DNA of 57,009 nucleotides. Source: an uncultured Deferribacteres bacterium (GTDB taxonomy: Bacteria > Zhuqueibacterota > Zhuqueibacteria > Zhuqueibacterales > Geothermadaptataceae). Below the pieces are notes generated by a model, which worked only from the letters and a program-made list of their open reading frames with translations, was not told the DNA's origin and ran no database searches. Location of the stretch: positions 1 to 57,009 of the forward strand of contig CAXHAT010000019.1 of the NCBI GenBank assembly GCA_964014485.1, given 5' to 3'. Each line of letters begins with the position of its first letter. The first letter of the stretch is position 1. This document shows, in pieces, positions 25,645-35,712 of the stretch. The translations under genes and the position numbers were made by a program.

Positions 25645-26788
25645 TAATACTAAATTCCTTGTTTTATTGTACGCAAATGGTTTTTTTTATCAAAAAACCA
25701 TGAGTCGAAAACTACCTCCCATTCACGAATCACGCGACGCCCTAAAAGATCTTCTGAAGAAGACTCGTAAACCTGCTCTGAAACGCCGAATCCATATGCT
25801 CGTTCTTTTCAAGAAAGGTACATGCACCATGCGAGCCGCCGCTGCAGAGCATCTCGCCGTCCACCGTCATACGATATCGCAATGGCTCAATTCGTATGCA
25901 GCTTCAGGTTTAGACGGCCTTTTGGAGATGAAAAAGACGGGCTCCAAAGAAGTTCAAAGAAGCCTTGAGCCCGCCGTCTTTGAATCGCTGAAGGCACGTC
26001 TTAGAGACGAAGAAGGCTTCAAAGGCTATAAGGAAATACAAGCCTGGCTTTCCGATACACATGACGTCCGGCTGCCCTATCGCACTGTTCACGGCATGGT
26101 GCGAGATCGGCTTGGCGCCAAGCCGAAAAAGCCGCGTCCCGTACATCCTAAAAAAAAGTTGAGCAAGCCACAAAATTCGTCAAACAATTCGACCGGCGGC
26201 TCTCAACTATAGCCGCTTTCGGCCGCCAGAAAGATGAACAGCAAATTCGCCTTTTTGCACAAGACGAAACCCGTTTAGGATTGCATTTGCCCCTCTATCG
26301 ACGGGTTACTGCAAAAGGGGTGAAGCCGATACAAATGCTCGAACCCATCTATGAGTACTATTGGCTCTATGGCGCAGTTGAACCGAAAACGGGCGAGACC
26401 TTCTTTTTGGAAATGCCTTGGCTTGACGGCGCCTGCTTTTCGGTCTTTCTTGAAAAACTGGCTGAAGCGTATCCGGACAGTCTCAATATTCTCCTCATTG
26501 ACGGTGCGCCCGCTCATCGGGCGGCTACTGTAAAAGTACCTGAGAACATCATCCTGGTCGACTTACCGCCCTATAGCCCGGAACTCAATCCGATTGAACG
26601 ATTGTGGCTTGACGTCAAAAAGCAAATCGACGTCTTTGATCGGAAGGTCAGAACATCGATAGACGGTCTAAAAGAGCACATCGCAGGAATCATCAACAAC
26701 TACACCGATGAGACAATCAAAAGCCTAACCGGATACCCGTATATCCTGAAGGCTGCCAATGTAGTATAAAGTATGGAATTTTGAATTA
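25645..26788 (+). mobile_element. IS630-family insertion sequence
   Basis: Imperfect 30-bp IR (23/30) at 25643-25672 / 26761-26790 including flanking TA dinucleotides; encodes HTH and DDE transposase halves. Confidence 0.9.
25700..26769 (+). CDS. IS630 transposase in two frames joined by a predicted -1 frameshift
   Basis: ORF1 HTH region; slippery A8G at 26150-26158; -1 frame continues ...IRLFAQDETRLGL...IDGAPAH...LPPYSPELNPIERLW. Confidence 0.88.
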
Positions 26789-26899
26789 TAGGCAAGTTGG
26801 CTAAGCCCAGCGGGGAAGCAGCAAGGGGGGCCGGCGCTTACCCAAAGAGACCTCATCTAGCGATAATCCGACCAATTAAATGTACTCGTATCCTCGCAC

Positions 26900-28297
26900 T
26901 TAATGCACAAGCGCCGTATGTGAATAGGCCGAAAACCAACCAAACCAAAAGGCGCGATGGGCTGGCAGGCGATATAGCTCTCGCCCGTCAGCGGTCAGCA
27001 AACGACTCTCACTCAAACGCCACATATCCCCGTTTTCATCTATGGCAGTCTGATCCTGATCCCATGAGCGAAAACGGATACTTTGCGAATCGTAGACGCG
27101 GTTGGCTCCAGTGGCGTCGGTAAAAACGACGAAATGGGTCTTGCCTAAGCGCCCTTGATAAACAGGGTGTTCTGCCAAATAATCGGCCGAAATAGCCAGC
27201 GGGAGATCTGGACTGTCTGCAAAAACGAGCCCCAGCACCTCGCTTTTGTTCTTGAGACGCCGATCTCGCTTTGGCACGGCAAACATGAGATCATCCGTAG
27301 CGAAGTAATCTTTGTAGGCGACGCCTTCGCCATAGTCACGTCGATGACCGGTGTCAAGCGACAAGACTCTGGTTTCGGGATGACGGCGTTTCCACTCTTT
27401 CCAAGTCGTGGTGATGACACTCAAACGCTCAAATTCTATGTTTTTGCCAACCAAAGGTCCGACAACCGGCTTGCCCCACAGAGTATTCCAGAGAGATTGC
27501 GTTTTCTTGTCGTACATCAGTTTATTGGAACGAAAAAGAAAACCACTGGTGCCCATTTCGTGGTTTTCACCATTGACGACGGTTTTGTACAGGACCATAC
27601 TGCCGCAGAGCGTGCAATAAACACCAGCAATTGACTGGCCGCCTACCTCGTCAACAAACATCTCGTGCCACGCCAAAATACGTTTCGGATAGGCACGGGC
27701 GTCGCCGTTTATCTCGATAGCAAAAACAACATTATCATCGCCGAGATAATCAGCTTTATCAGCGTGAATCATTTTGGGATTGCGCAGAGGGGGAATCCCA
27801 TCTTGTTTGACGCCGCCCCAGACGACTTCGTCAAGACGGATGCTCCTGGCGGGGTTCTCAGCAAAGTATTTTTCAAACTTCTTGTCTAATGAGCGATATA
27901 GCTTTGATTTGAATCGAGCATAATACGCATAGCTGTTTTCTGGCTGATTCCATATCCATTTCCGCCATCGCTGGATATGGAATCCGAATTTTTTCCCCGT
28001 CTGCTTCTCCAATGTCTCGACCAAGTGGACAAGCACAATGCGATCACGAGCTAACGTCATCACTTCCACCAGCATCATCGCAAAGCCAGGTTCCCATGCT
28101 GCTTCAATTCTTTGCAGGGCTTTCTGGGTTTTGCGATTTCCACCCTTGGTGAGTTGCAAGAAATCATCGATCAAACCTTCCTTGTTTACCTGACTCAGTG
28201 CATCGGTACAGACGGATAGGCCGAGAATCAGAGACAGAACGAAAGTAGACGCATTGACGCCAAGACTTTTTTTACTTCTCAATTTAAACGTAAACAC
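26900..28297 (-). CDS. DUF3179-domain exported protein with N-terminal helical extension
   Basis: WGGVKQDGIPPL, RAYPKRILAWHE, YCTLCGS, GTSGFLFRSNKLMYD, FWFGW. Confidence 0.85.
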   Translation of the reverse strand: MFTFKLRSKKSLGVNASTFVLSLILGLSVCTDALSQVNKEGLIDDFLQLTKGGNRKTQKALQRIEAAWEPGFAMMLVEVMTLARDRIVLVHLVETLEKQTGKKFGFHIQRWRKWIWNQPENSYAYYARFKSKLYRSLDKKFEKYFAENPARSIRLDEVVWGGVKQDGIPPLRNPKMIHADKADYLGDDNVVFAIEINGDARAYPKRILAWHEMFVDEVGGQSIAGVYCTLCGSMVLYKTVVNGENHEMGTSGFLFRSNKLMYDKKTQSLWNTLWGKPVVGPLVGKNIEFERLSVITTTWKEWKRRHPETRVLSLDTGHRRDYGEGVAYKDYFATDDLMFAVPKRDRRLKNKSEVLGLVFADSPDLPLAISADYLAEHPVYQGRLGKTHFVVFTDATGANRVYDSQSIRFRSWDQDQTAIDENGDMWRLSESRLLTADGRELYRLPAHRAFWFGWFSAYSHTALVH

Positions 28298-28553
28298 GGT
28301 TTTACCTGCGAAATTTCTGAAATTCTAGCCCATTTGGAAGCCTGCGGGAGACGCCGGTTTGTGTATGGCCGGCAAAGTGCCCCGGTTGTTGGGCCGCTCT
28401 TTGAACATGTGTAACCGGGTTCTGCTCTCCTTTGATTCCCGGATTTAGACGCCATTCGACAAAAGCGGGCGTTCGGCAGGCGATTAAATCCGCCGATATG
28501 ACTTATGCCGACCCTGGCTGGCAAAGAGCAAGTCTCCATTCTCAAAAAGCGCC

Positions 28554-30812
28554 TTACTTTACTTTGACCCGATCTTCCCAGTATCGCCATTTCACATAGC
28601 CGACCCGATCAGATGCACCATCCAACTGCAATCCGTGCGTGTTGGGAAGCGCCTGCATGAGCACTTCGCCTTTGTACAAAACTTTCAAGACTTCAGAAGC
28701 AGAATACGAAATGTGCTCGTCCGAAACGGTCGCAAAGAGAAAGTGGGCGTCGGTTTCAATGTCACCGTATTTTGTACGTCCAGTCTCCCACGTGTAGCGC
28801 GGGCGAATGTTCTCGCGAACGACTTCTGAATTCAGATCAAGTTTTACACAAAGATAGGAACGCGTGCTGCCGTCCTCGATTTCAATGCCAACCGCCTGAG
28901 ACTTGCGTGAAACCGACATGAGTTTGAATTTCTTGAGAAGGAGAGAAGGACGCTGATCGCTGGCGTGGGGAACGAGTACCGTCACAAAAAATTCGTAATC
29001 TCCAGCGCGGTAGTGACTCGATTGCGTTTGATAGAGCGCTATTTCCTTTTGATAATGCCGCGTTTCGGGATAGGAACCCGTCATCTTGCCTTCCTGAGAC
29101 AAGAAATGAATGAGCAAACGCTGGTCTGTTGGCAAGGCGATCGATTGTATCGAATCAATGGACGTATCGAAAAAGTGCTCGCCCTTTTCGTGGATTTTGC
29201 GCGTATGCCAGAAGTTGGTGAAAGTATAGTAGTCGGTTTCAGTGACCTTCGCTGCGTCGATGACGACAAAATACCCTTTTGATTTGACGTAGGTGATAAT
29301 CCGATCCCACTCGTAGCCGAGAGCGGCGTCCGATACGCGCGTCCGGCTCATGTCTACGTCTTTTAGCTTGAGAAAATCGATTTTGCGAGAAGTGACAGGT
29401 CGATAGGCTCCGGAGTTGCGAACGAATTCCGGTACGCTCTGATGCACATCGCGCTTGTTTTTGCGCACGACAAGGCGATTGTGAAAATAATCCGCACGAA
29501 ACTGGCCGTGTGGACCACTTGGCAGACCATCGCGATAGCCGCCGTCGTGCAACAGCACCGATCCGCCAGCCATAAGCAAGGTGACGTCGTTTTCATCTGA
29601 ATGGCCGTGGTGCATTTTCTCTTCTTCAACCGAGATCGTGTTGCGCAGGAATTCTCGGTAGGTGAAGCCGCCATCCCCTTCGTCGCGATAGTTCAGGAGC
29701 AAGTAGGTGCTCTTGGGATCCCAACCATTGCGGAAGACAATCTTCTTGCCGACGATGTCCTCCAGCACTTCCTGGCTTAAGGACGTGGGGTGTTTTGCAA
29801 GTAGCGCCGCATCATGCCAACGGTGCGCGTAGACCAGAGAAGAAGCCGGCCCTGTACGCCTTGCCGGGTTCTCAATCGCCATTTTGGTAAAGATTTGCTC
29901 GGCAACCCACTTCAATTCAGGGTCTTGGTACCTGCTTGCCAAGCGCTCAAAAACAACAACATATCGATCCCAGGAAGGGTTCCAGTTTGCATCGCCAAAA
30001 TCGGGGATGGTGTGCGCCGGTGTAAACAAACGTTTGAAGTACTCAGCATAATAGCGCATAAAAGGCTGGTCATATATCCAGTCCTGGTTGGTGATTTCTG
30101 CATAGCTAAACAGTGAAAGCAGCCACACAGGATGGTAGATGCTGGCGTCTTCAATTTCCCACTGCTGGAGATTGTCACTGGCAATAGTTTCGGCCATCTG
30201 CCGCCACTTTGCCGCATGCGGATGGTCCGGCAGCGCCAGATAGCCATAATACAACCCTTCCGCCCTCAGCATGGCCCGGTTGTGTGCCCCCCATTCAGGA
30301 AAGTGAAAGACGAAATCAAGACTGTGGGCCAATTCTCCTTCGATCTTCTCGCGCGTTCTTTGATCGAGCACACCACTGTCGCGAATTCGCATGTAGGCGC
30401 GCACGTAGGGCGGCAAAAAGAAGAAATTCGAAAGCGCCGGAATCCCATTGGCGTATTCGGCCCGAGATGTGTGAAAATCCGCAGGATACGCCTGGCGCAG
30501 ATCGCCATATTCGGCCAGGAGCGAAGCGGCGCGTTTGGCATTCGTCTGATTGCTGGTCTCCTGAAACAGAAATCCGAGGATATCCGCCAGATAGATGGGC
30601 TGTGAAGGCGAGTTATAGCCCCAGAGCACACTCGGGTTGACGTTCTCTTTCCATCTCTTGATGACCTCAGGGTGTTCCTGCCACGCCACTTCCGCCGTTG
30701 CCGAGATATAGTCCAGGTATTTGGATTGTTGTGCATGAGACGTTGCAAGCATAAGACTTCCAAAGAGTAGGGTGAGAAGAGCAACTCGCGGGAAAGAACG
30801 ACTTTTCCTCAT
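28554..30812 (-). CDS. Exported heparinase II/III-like protein (divergent)
   Basis: Signal peptide; helical N-half with PDFGD; FRNGW...HHGHSDEND...LLHDGGY...HNRLVV. Confidence 0.65.
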   Translation of the reverse strand: MRKSRSFPRVALLTLLFGSLMLATSHAQQSKYLDYISATAEVAWQEHPEVIKRWKENVNPSVLWGYNSPSQPIYLADILGFLFQETSNQTNAKRAASLLAEYGDLRQAYPADFHTSRAEYANGIPALSNFFFLPPYVRAYMRIRDSGVLDQRTREKIEGELAHSLDFVFHFPEWGAHNRAMLRAEGLYYGYLALPDHPHAAKWRQMAETIASDNLQQWEIEDASIYHPVWLLSLFSYAEITNQDWIYDQPFMRYYAEYFKRLFTPAHTIPDFGDANWNPSWDRYVVVFERLASRYQDPELKWVAEQIFTKMAIENPARRTGPASSLVYAHRWHDAALLAKHPTSLSQEVLEDIVGKKIVFRNGWDPKSTYLLLNYRDEGDGGFTYREFLRNTISVEEEKMHHGHSDENDVTLLMAGGSVLLHDGGYRDGLPSGPHGQFRADYFHNRLVVRKNKRDVHQSVPEFVRNSGAYRPVTSRKIDFLKLKDVDMSRTRVSDAALGYEWDRIITYVKSKGYFVVIDAAKVTETDYYTFTNFWHTRKIHEKGEHFFDTSIDSIQSIALPTDQRLLIHFLSQEGKMTGSYPETRHYQKEIALYQTQSSHYRAGDYEFFVTVLVPHASDQRPSLLLKKFKLMSVSRKSQAVGIEIEDGSTRSYLCVKLDLNSEVVRENIRPRYTWETGRTKYGDIETDAHFLFATVSDEHISYSASEVLKVLYKGEVLMQALPNTHGLQLDGASDRVGYVKWRYWEDRVKVK

Positions 30813-30830
30813 GGGATGGATATCCTTGTC

Positions 30831-32582
30831 TTATTTAGCGCTTTTTGACAGCTGATCCGCTTTTTCGATAAGCGTAATGGCTGGATAAATGCCGTTGTTC
30901 AGCCAGTTCAGTTCAGGCAAGTTTTTGCGAAGATGCGTTGGGATTTCGCCGCCGCCGTGAAAATGTTGCGCATTCGTCAAGGTGTTTGCAAGCGCTACGG
31001 CTTTTGCGTGATAGATCGGCTTATGTGTGTATTCGTAGGCCGTCAGGTAGGCGAGGATCATCAGCTGAGAGCTTCTGGCGATTGGCGTGTAGAACTTGTA
31101 TTGCTCGAGGGCGGCCGGTACGAACCAGTCGTGCCCATCCGGACGGACGGTGCCGTTCCACTTTGAATCTTCGCGAAACCAGGGATAGGTGAGGGCGGGG
31201 TCAGCATCATCCCAGACGATAAACTGATCCTCGGCAAAGCGAAGCAGTTCCTCCGCCAGCTCGATGTACTCGGGATGCTTCTCGCTGGCTTTGAAGAGGA
31301 TGCGCGCGAACTCGCTGGGTTCCTCTCGCGACAGGTTTTTGAACTGTTTCTGCGGCCGGGTATCTTCGAATTGTGCCTGCCAGTTGAAGGTTTTGACCGG
31401 CTGGGTCATGCACCAGGTAAATGCCTTTTGGCGCGGCTGTTGAAATTCGACCAGATCATGATCTTCGATGAATCGATCAAAGAGTTCGATGACCATGGTG
31501 GGAACAAGCAGGTTCTTCTTGACCGCCTCGCCCGTTTCGGTATGCAGTATCTGCGGCCACGTCCCGTCTTCTCTTTGCGTCCGGACATAGGTCTCAGCGA
31601 TGCGCTTTGCGGCTAGAAAGTAGTCTTCCTCACCTGTGAACTCATGGAGATCCAGCAGCATCTCTGCACCGATTGCCGGAGAGTTCGTCATGATTTCGTT
31701 CTCAAAATAGGGGTGATCACCACGTGGAATGCCGTCCCAATAAGTCGGTGGCCAGTGGGCCAAAGGCTTTTCAGGGCCTTCTCGCATGGCAAGCAGGAAA
31801 TCGACAACAATTTGGGTGATCGCCAGTGCCTGGTCGACGTCTTCAGCGTCTGGGCAATACTTTGCGTAGTGAATCAAGCCAATGACCAGCGCGCTCATGA
31901 TTTTTGTTGAATGGCACCAGAGCGGATAGCTCGGATCGGGTTGACGATGCTGCAGCCAATATTGAATCTTGGGATCTCTTAACAGGAACTGCAGATTTCG
32001 AAGTCCACTCTCGCGATATGGAAAGGCCGGCTCGTTTTTGACGCCGGTAAACGGCGTGCTCTTCAAGAAATCTCGCTCGCCGATCACCTTATCGGTGGAA
32101 TCGTTAGCCGCAGGGAGCGCTTCGACGGACAAATGATAGTGATCTTCGGGCAGATCGGCCCAAATGGGGGCAAGCGACGCCCAGGGAGATTCGGCTTCGA
32201 AATGAACTTCTTTCGCGTTTGTCTTTGACGTGACAGTAAAGCGATAGCCCGAGACATTTGGCGACGCCTGAAAGTCGAAAGCCGGGGCATAGATAAATCG
32301 TTTGGCATATTGGTTCCAGAAGGGCCTTTCGTTTGCTATGCCCGGGCGGATGGGCCGTGTCGAAGCGTGCCGTGCTTGCTCTGTGAAAAGAGCTTGTGTC
32401 GAGGCGCGCTCTGCACGATCGTGCGCCGATGTATCGCATGAGATTTGAAAAAAGATCAAACTGCTTGAAAGCAGCGCAGATTTGACTGGAGATTTAGGCG
32501 CAAACAACCTGGTTTTCCTCGTGGTCGGTGAAGTGTCACAGAGTGGGAAGCAGTCGTGCGAGAATTTTGTATGCCTTCCCAC
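30831..32582 (-). CDS. Putative exported (alpha/alpha)-toroid enzyme of unknown family
   Basis: Possible lipobox QISC; EEDYFLAAKRIAETYVRTQREDGTW and YHAKAVALANTL helical-barrel repeats; start uncertain. Confidence 0.55.
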   Translation of the reverse strand: MGRHTKFSHDCFPLCDTSPTTRKTRLFAPKSPVKSALLSSSLIFFQISCDTSAHDRAERASTQALFTEQARHASTRPIRPGIANERPFWNQYAKRFIYAPAFDFQASPNVSGYRFTVTSKTNAKEVHFEAESPWASLAPIWADLPEDHYHLSVEALPAANDSTDKVIGERDFLKSTPFTGVKNEPAFPYRESGLRNLQFLLRDPKIQYWLQHRQPDPSYPLWCHSTKIMSALVIGLIHYAKYCPDAEDVDQALAITQIVVDFLLAMREGPEKPLAHWPPTYWDGIPRGDHPYFENEIMTNSPAIGAEMLLDLHEFTGEEDYFLAAKRIAETYVRTQREDGTWPQILHTETGEAVKKNLLVPTMVIELFDRFIEDHDLVEFQQPRQKAFTWCMTQPVKTFNWQAQFEDTRPQKQFKNLSREEPSEFARILFKASEKHPEYIELAEELLRFAEDQFIVWDDADPALTYPWFREDSKWNGTVRPDGHDWFVPAALEQYKFYTPIARSSQLMILAYLTAYEYTHKPIYHAKAVALANTLTNAQHFHGGGEIPTHLRKNLPELNWLNNGIYPAITLIEKADQLSKSAK

Positions 32583-32595
32583 TCGCTTGAGCCAT

Positions 32596-33564
32596 TTAGC
32601 CTGGTAAAGAATCCATCAGGCCCTTAATGTAGCCTGCCGCATAAAGCCGCCCCCGCATGGTGTAACCGAAATTCGTATTGTCGTCTCCTTCCAGAGTCGG
32701 CACATGATCAGGGCGCAAAGGGGTTTCGGGAATATATTTGTGATAGATCCGCATCATCCGGGCCATGTCTGTGGGCCCATCGTCGTGGAAGGTCTCTTTG
32801 AAATTGTATTTGTCGCCCTCAACATCGCGGAAGTGAACAAAGAAGATCTTACCCGATTCACCGAAAGCAGTCGCCATTTTGTAGAGATCGCCGTCCATCA
32901 ACTTGAAGTTGGCCTGGCAAAAGGTCATGCCATTGCTCTCGCTTGGAAATTTTTCGAAGAGCTTGTGATAGGCTTGCGGACGCGTCAAGATACGCGCAAT
33001 ATTGCCGAGAGGGGACAACGGGGGATCGTCGGGATGAAGCGCCATTTTAACGCCGCTGGCTTCCGCAACTGGCAGAATCTTTTCCATGAAATAGAAAAGA
33101 TTGTCCCAAACGACCTCTTCAGTCAGGATCGCTCCTTGCGTATCGAAGTGTTTATTCTTGACCTGATCATACTGGAACGCCGTGGTGAGGGCCTTTCCTC
33201 GAAGGGGCAGCCCGGTTTCGGTGCGTACCCAATTCACCCCGGCCATGAAGTTGTTGCAGACGATGGGAATGCCATGATCCCCCAGGAGTCGAAGCACATC
33301 AAGATATTTGTCAATCTCTCTGTCCTTTCCGGAAAGCCCTAACTTCGTTTCGTCTAAAGGCGCCAGATCACCTTCAATAACGGACAGCTCCAGGTCTTCG
33401 TCGCGTAGCCTGTCGATATACTTTTTGAGACCCTGGTATGTCAGCACATCTGGATCACGCAGGGACTGTTCGTGCAGGCTAAAAACCGCGCCTTCCACCC
33501 CGACCTGCCGTGCCAAACGCCATTGTAGAGGTTGATCCATGGGAAGCACCATCGTGAGTTTCAT
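32596..33564 (-). CDS. uxuA: Mannonate dehydratase family protein
   Basis: NFMAG..W.RT, ALHPDDPP, TFCQAN, FVHFRDV, RPDHVP, GYIKGL. Confidence 0.9.
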   Translation of the reverse strand: MKLTMVLPMDQPLQWRLARQVGVEGAVFSLHEQSLRDPDVLTYQGLKKYIDRLRDEDLELSVIEGDLAPLDETKLGLSGKDREIDKYLDVLRLLGDHGIPIVCNNFMAGVNWVRTETGLPLRGKALTTAFQYDQVKNKHFDTQGAILTEEVVWDNLFYFMEKILPVAEASGVKMALHPDDPPLSPLGNIARILTRPQAYHKLFEKFPSESNGMTFCQANFKLMDGDLYKMATAFGESGKIFFVHFRDVEGDKYNFKETFHDDGPTDMARMMRIYHKYIPETPLRPDHVPTLEGDDNTNFGYTMRGRLYAAGYIKGLMDSLPG

Positions 33565-34433
33565 GTGACGGTCTCCTTCAGGGTTGAAAGCATTTTTTCG
33601 ATCGAGCCGTGGTTCTCGGGGCAGGTGTTGTGGCGGTAAGCGCCGTCGACATAGATCGTTGTGCCGCTCGTATAATCGGCTGCTGCGGAGCAGAAATAAA
33701 GAACCGGTGCGACGACTTCTTCTTCCTCGGCCGGTCGCCGCAAAGGGATTCTCCGAACAACGACATTTTCCTCATTTAAGGCGCCTGAATTGGTCGTTAA
33801 GCCCGCGCGGGTGCTGTCCGTCATGATGAGTCCAGGAGAAACGGCATTCACCTGGATGTTGTGCGGAGCCAGTTCAAGGGCAAGAACGCGCGTCAGCATC
33901 AGCAAACCGGCCTTCGAGACGCAGTAGGGTGCTGCGGCCATGCGGGGAACGGTGTCATGAATCGAAGAAATGTTGACAATTTTACCGCCGTCACCGGGCA
34001 GCATGTAGGGCAGAACATACTTTGAACAGAAAAAAGCCCCGTCAAGTGAGCTTCCCAAGACGCGGCGCCATTCATGATCTTCAATTTCCCAGCTGCTTTT
34101 ATTGACCTCGTGCGCTGCATTATTGATCAGGAAGTCGATGCGCCCAGCAGGATCTGCCGCTTTTCTGAAGAGCGTCTTGACCTCTCCGGGCTTGGATATA
34201 TCAGCCTGGATCGAGAGGGCGGCGCCGCCTTCTGATTCGATCTCCGATACAACTTCCCGGGCTTGTTCACGATTGTCCAGATAGTTGACAATGACGCGGC
34301 AGCCCGTCCTGGCAAGGCCATGAGCGAGCGCTCTGCCCAAACCCCGGTTGGCGCCGGTGATGACGGCAGTCCTCCCAGAAAAATCATAGGCCCCGAAGGT
34401 GCTGTCTGTTCCGTTCACGCTAGAGATCCCCAA
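33561..34433 (-). CDS. SDR family oxidoreductase
   Basis: TGANRGLG, INNAA, NISS, YCVSK, VNAVSPG; start uncertain. Confidence 0.92.
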   Translation of the reverse strand: MGISSVNGTDSTFGAYDFSGRTAVITGANRGLGRALAHGLARTGCRVIVNYLDNREQAREVVSEIESEGGAALSIQADISKPGEVKTLFRKAADPAGRIDFLINNAAHEVNKSSWEIEDHEWRRVLGSSLDGAFFCSKYVLPYMLPGDGGKIVNISSIHDTVPRMAAAPYCVSKAGLLMLTRVLALELAPHNIQVNAVSPGLIMTDSTRAGLTTNSGALNEENVVVRRIPLRRPAEEEEVVAPVLYFCSAAADYTSGTTIYVDGAYRHNTCPENHGSIEKMLSTLKETVT

Positions 34434-35238
34434 ACTGTTTGTAGAGTTGGTGGATGTCGATTTTGTTGGTATCGATCATGTCACGCTGCCAGACTTCCGT
34501 TGCGATAATGTCCTCGGCCACCAGGAGAACTTCGTCAACGAGATCTTTTGGGATGACCTGTAAGCCATCATCGTCGCCGAAGATGAAATCCCCGGGATTG
34601 ATGATGACCGAATGCCGCAAATGTCCGCGCAGGTAGATGGGGACATTTACGTCCATCACGCGCCAGCCGCCATAGGCGTTCGGCGTTGTGCCAAGGGAAA
34701 AGTACGGAAAATCTTCGATTTCAAGCACTTTGCGACTATCCCGCGTCATGCCTTCATTGACGACGCCTACACAACCCAGACTCTTGGCCAGGTGACAGCT
34801 CATTTCACCGAAAGTAGCGGCCTGCGTATCGTAGCCTGTATCGAAGACGTAGACACAGCCGGGAAATGCACTCATGTGCAGTTTCTTTTGTGGAGATCCT
34901 TCTCGCTTCCATTTCTCTTCACGCTCCGCTTTTTCCTGCTCACTTAGATGAACTTCTGGCGCCAGAGTATGCCATTTGACAGGTAAGGCGCGGCCGGCAA
35001 GAATGCTGTGCGCTTTCAAGGGTTTCAGCTTGTGAGACAAAACAGTGTCTACCACGCCCGAAAGCAGCAGAGCGTCGCTGACACAGCCGCCATACAGATT
35101 CTTGTACCGCGAAATGCGTTCCATATCATCAATATCCAACTGACGCGGTTCGCTTGGGCGTGGCGGAAGGTTGGTCGGATATTCGACGCCACGCATCATT
35201 GCTGACAAATCCATGTAATTCGCATCGGCCATTGGCAT
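34420..35238 (-). CDS. RraA-family / HMG-CHA-type class II pyruvate aldolase
   Basis: VSDAL, LAGRA, ATFGEM, GMTRD, PGDFIFGDDDG..VIP. Confidence 0.85.
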   Translation of the reverse strand: MPMADANYMDLSAMMRGVEYPTNLPPRPSEPRQLDIDDMERISRYKNLYGGCVSDALLLSGVVDTVLSHKLKPLKAHSILAGRALPVKWHTLAPEVHLSEQEKAEREEKWKREGSPQKKLHMSAFPGCVYVFDTGYDTQAATFGEMSCHLAKSLGCVGVVNEGMTRDSRKVLEIEDFPYFSLGTTPNAYGGWRVMDVNVPIYLRGHLRHSVIINPGDFIFGDDDGLQVIPKDLVDEVLLVAEDIIATEVWQRDMIDTNKIDIHQLYKQFGDL

Positions 35239-35346
35239 TCTCCTTCAAATTCAGGTTATGAGGTGAGAAAGGAAAGGGATCCTAGTATCACAACGTTAAG
35301 TCTGCCCAAAAGCTGGCACATTTCGCGTCTGGGGTGCTTGAGAGAC

Positions 35347-35435
35347 AGCCTGAAGGCTGGACTACAAACGACAGAACTCTTTATTTTACGCTCAGAGTTG
35401 ACGGAAGCTCTGTCGTTTGTAGTCCACGCTTCAGT
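35347..35435. repeat. REPIN-like inverted doublet
   Basis: gcctgaaggctggactacaaacgacaga / tctgtcgtttgtagtccacgcttcag. Confidence 0.75.
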
Positions 35436-35712
35436 GTGTTTTTTGGGGGTGCCCAGAGCGGACTTAACGTTGTAATACTAGGCAACTTGACTGTAGGCCC
35501 ACGAGAAAGGAAAAGGGGCTGACAGGCATGGCCGGGCAGTGTGTCGGCAAAAACAATTCTGGCGACGCTTATGCACGTACATGCTCCAACCTCGGGTATT
35601 TCAATCGTGGAATTTGTGTGGCGCGATCGGTGATGACACAGTGGGGCCGCTCACATTTCCAAGTTTGAAAGAAGACAAATTCAGATGCGTCAGCTGTTCG
35701 ATCCGTCGAAAC

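Noticed and set aside
25667..26769. IS630 transposase as a pseudogene
   Set aside because: Break coincides with a canonical -1 slippery site and both ends and DDE residues are present
26900..28297. Selenoprotein form of DUF3179
   Set aside because: Motif is CTLC with ordinary Cys codons and no in-frame TGA
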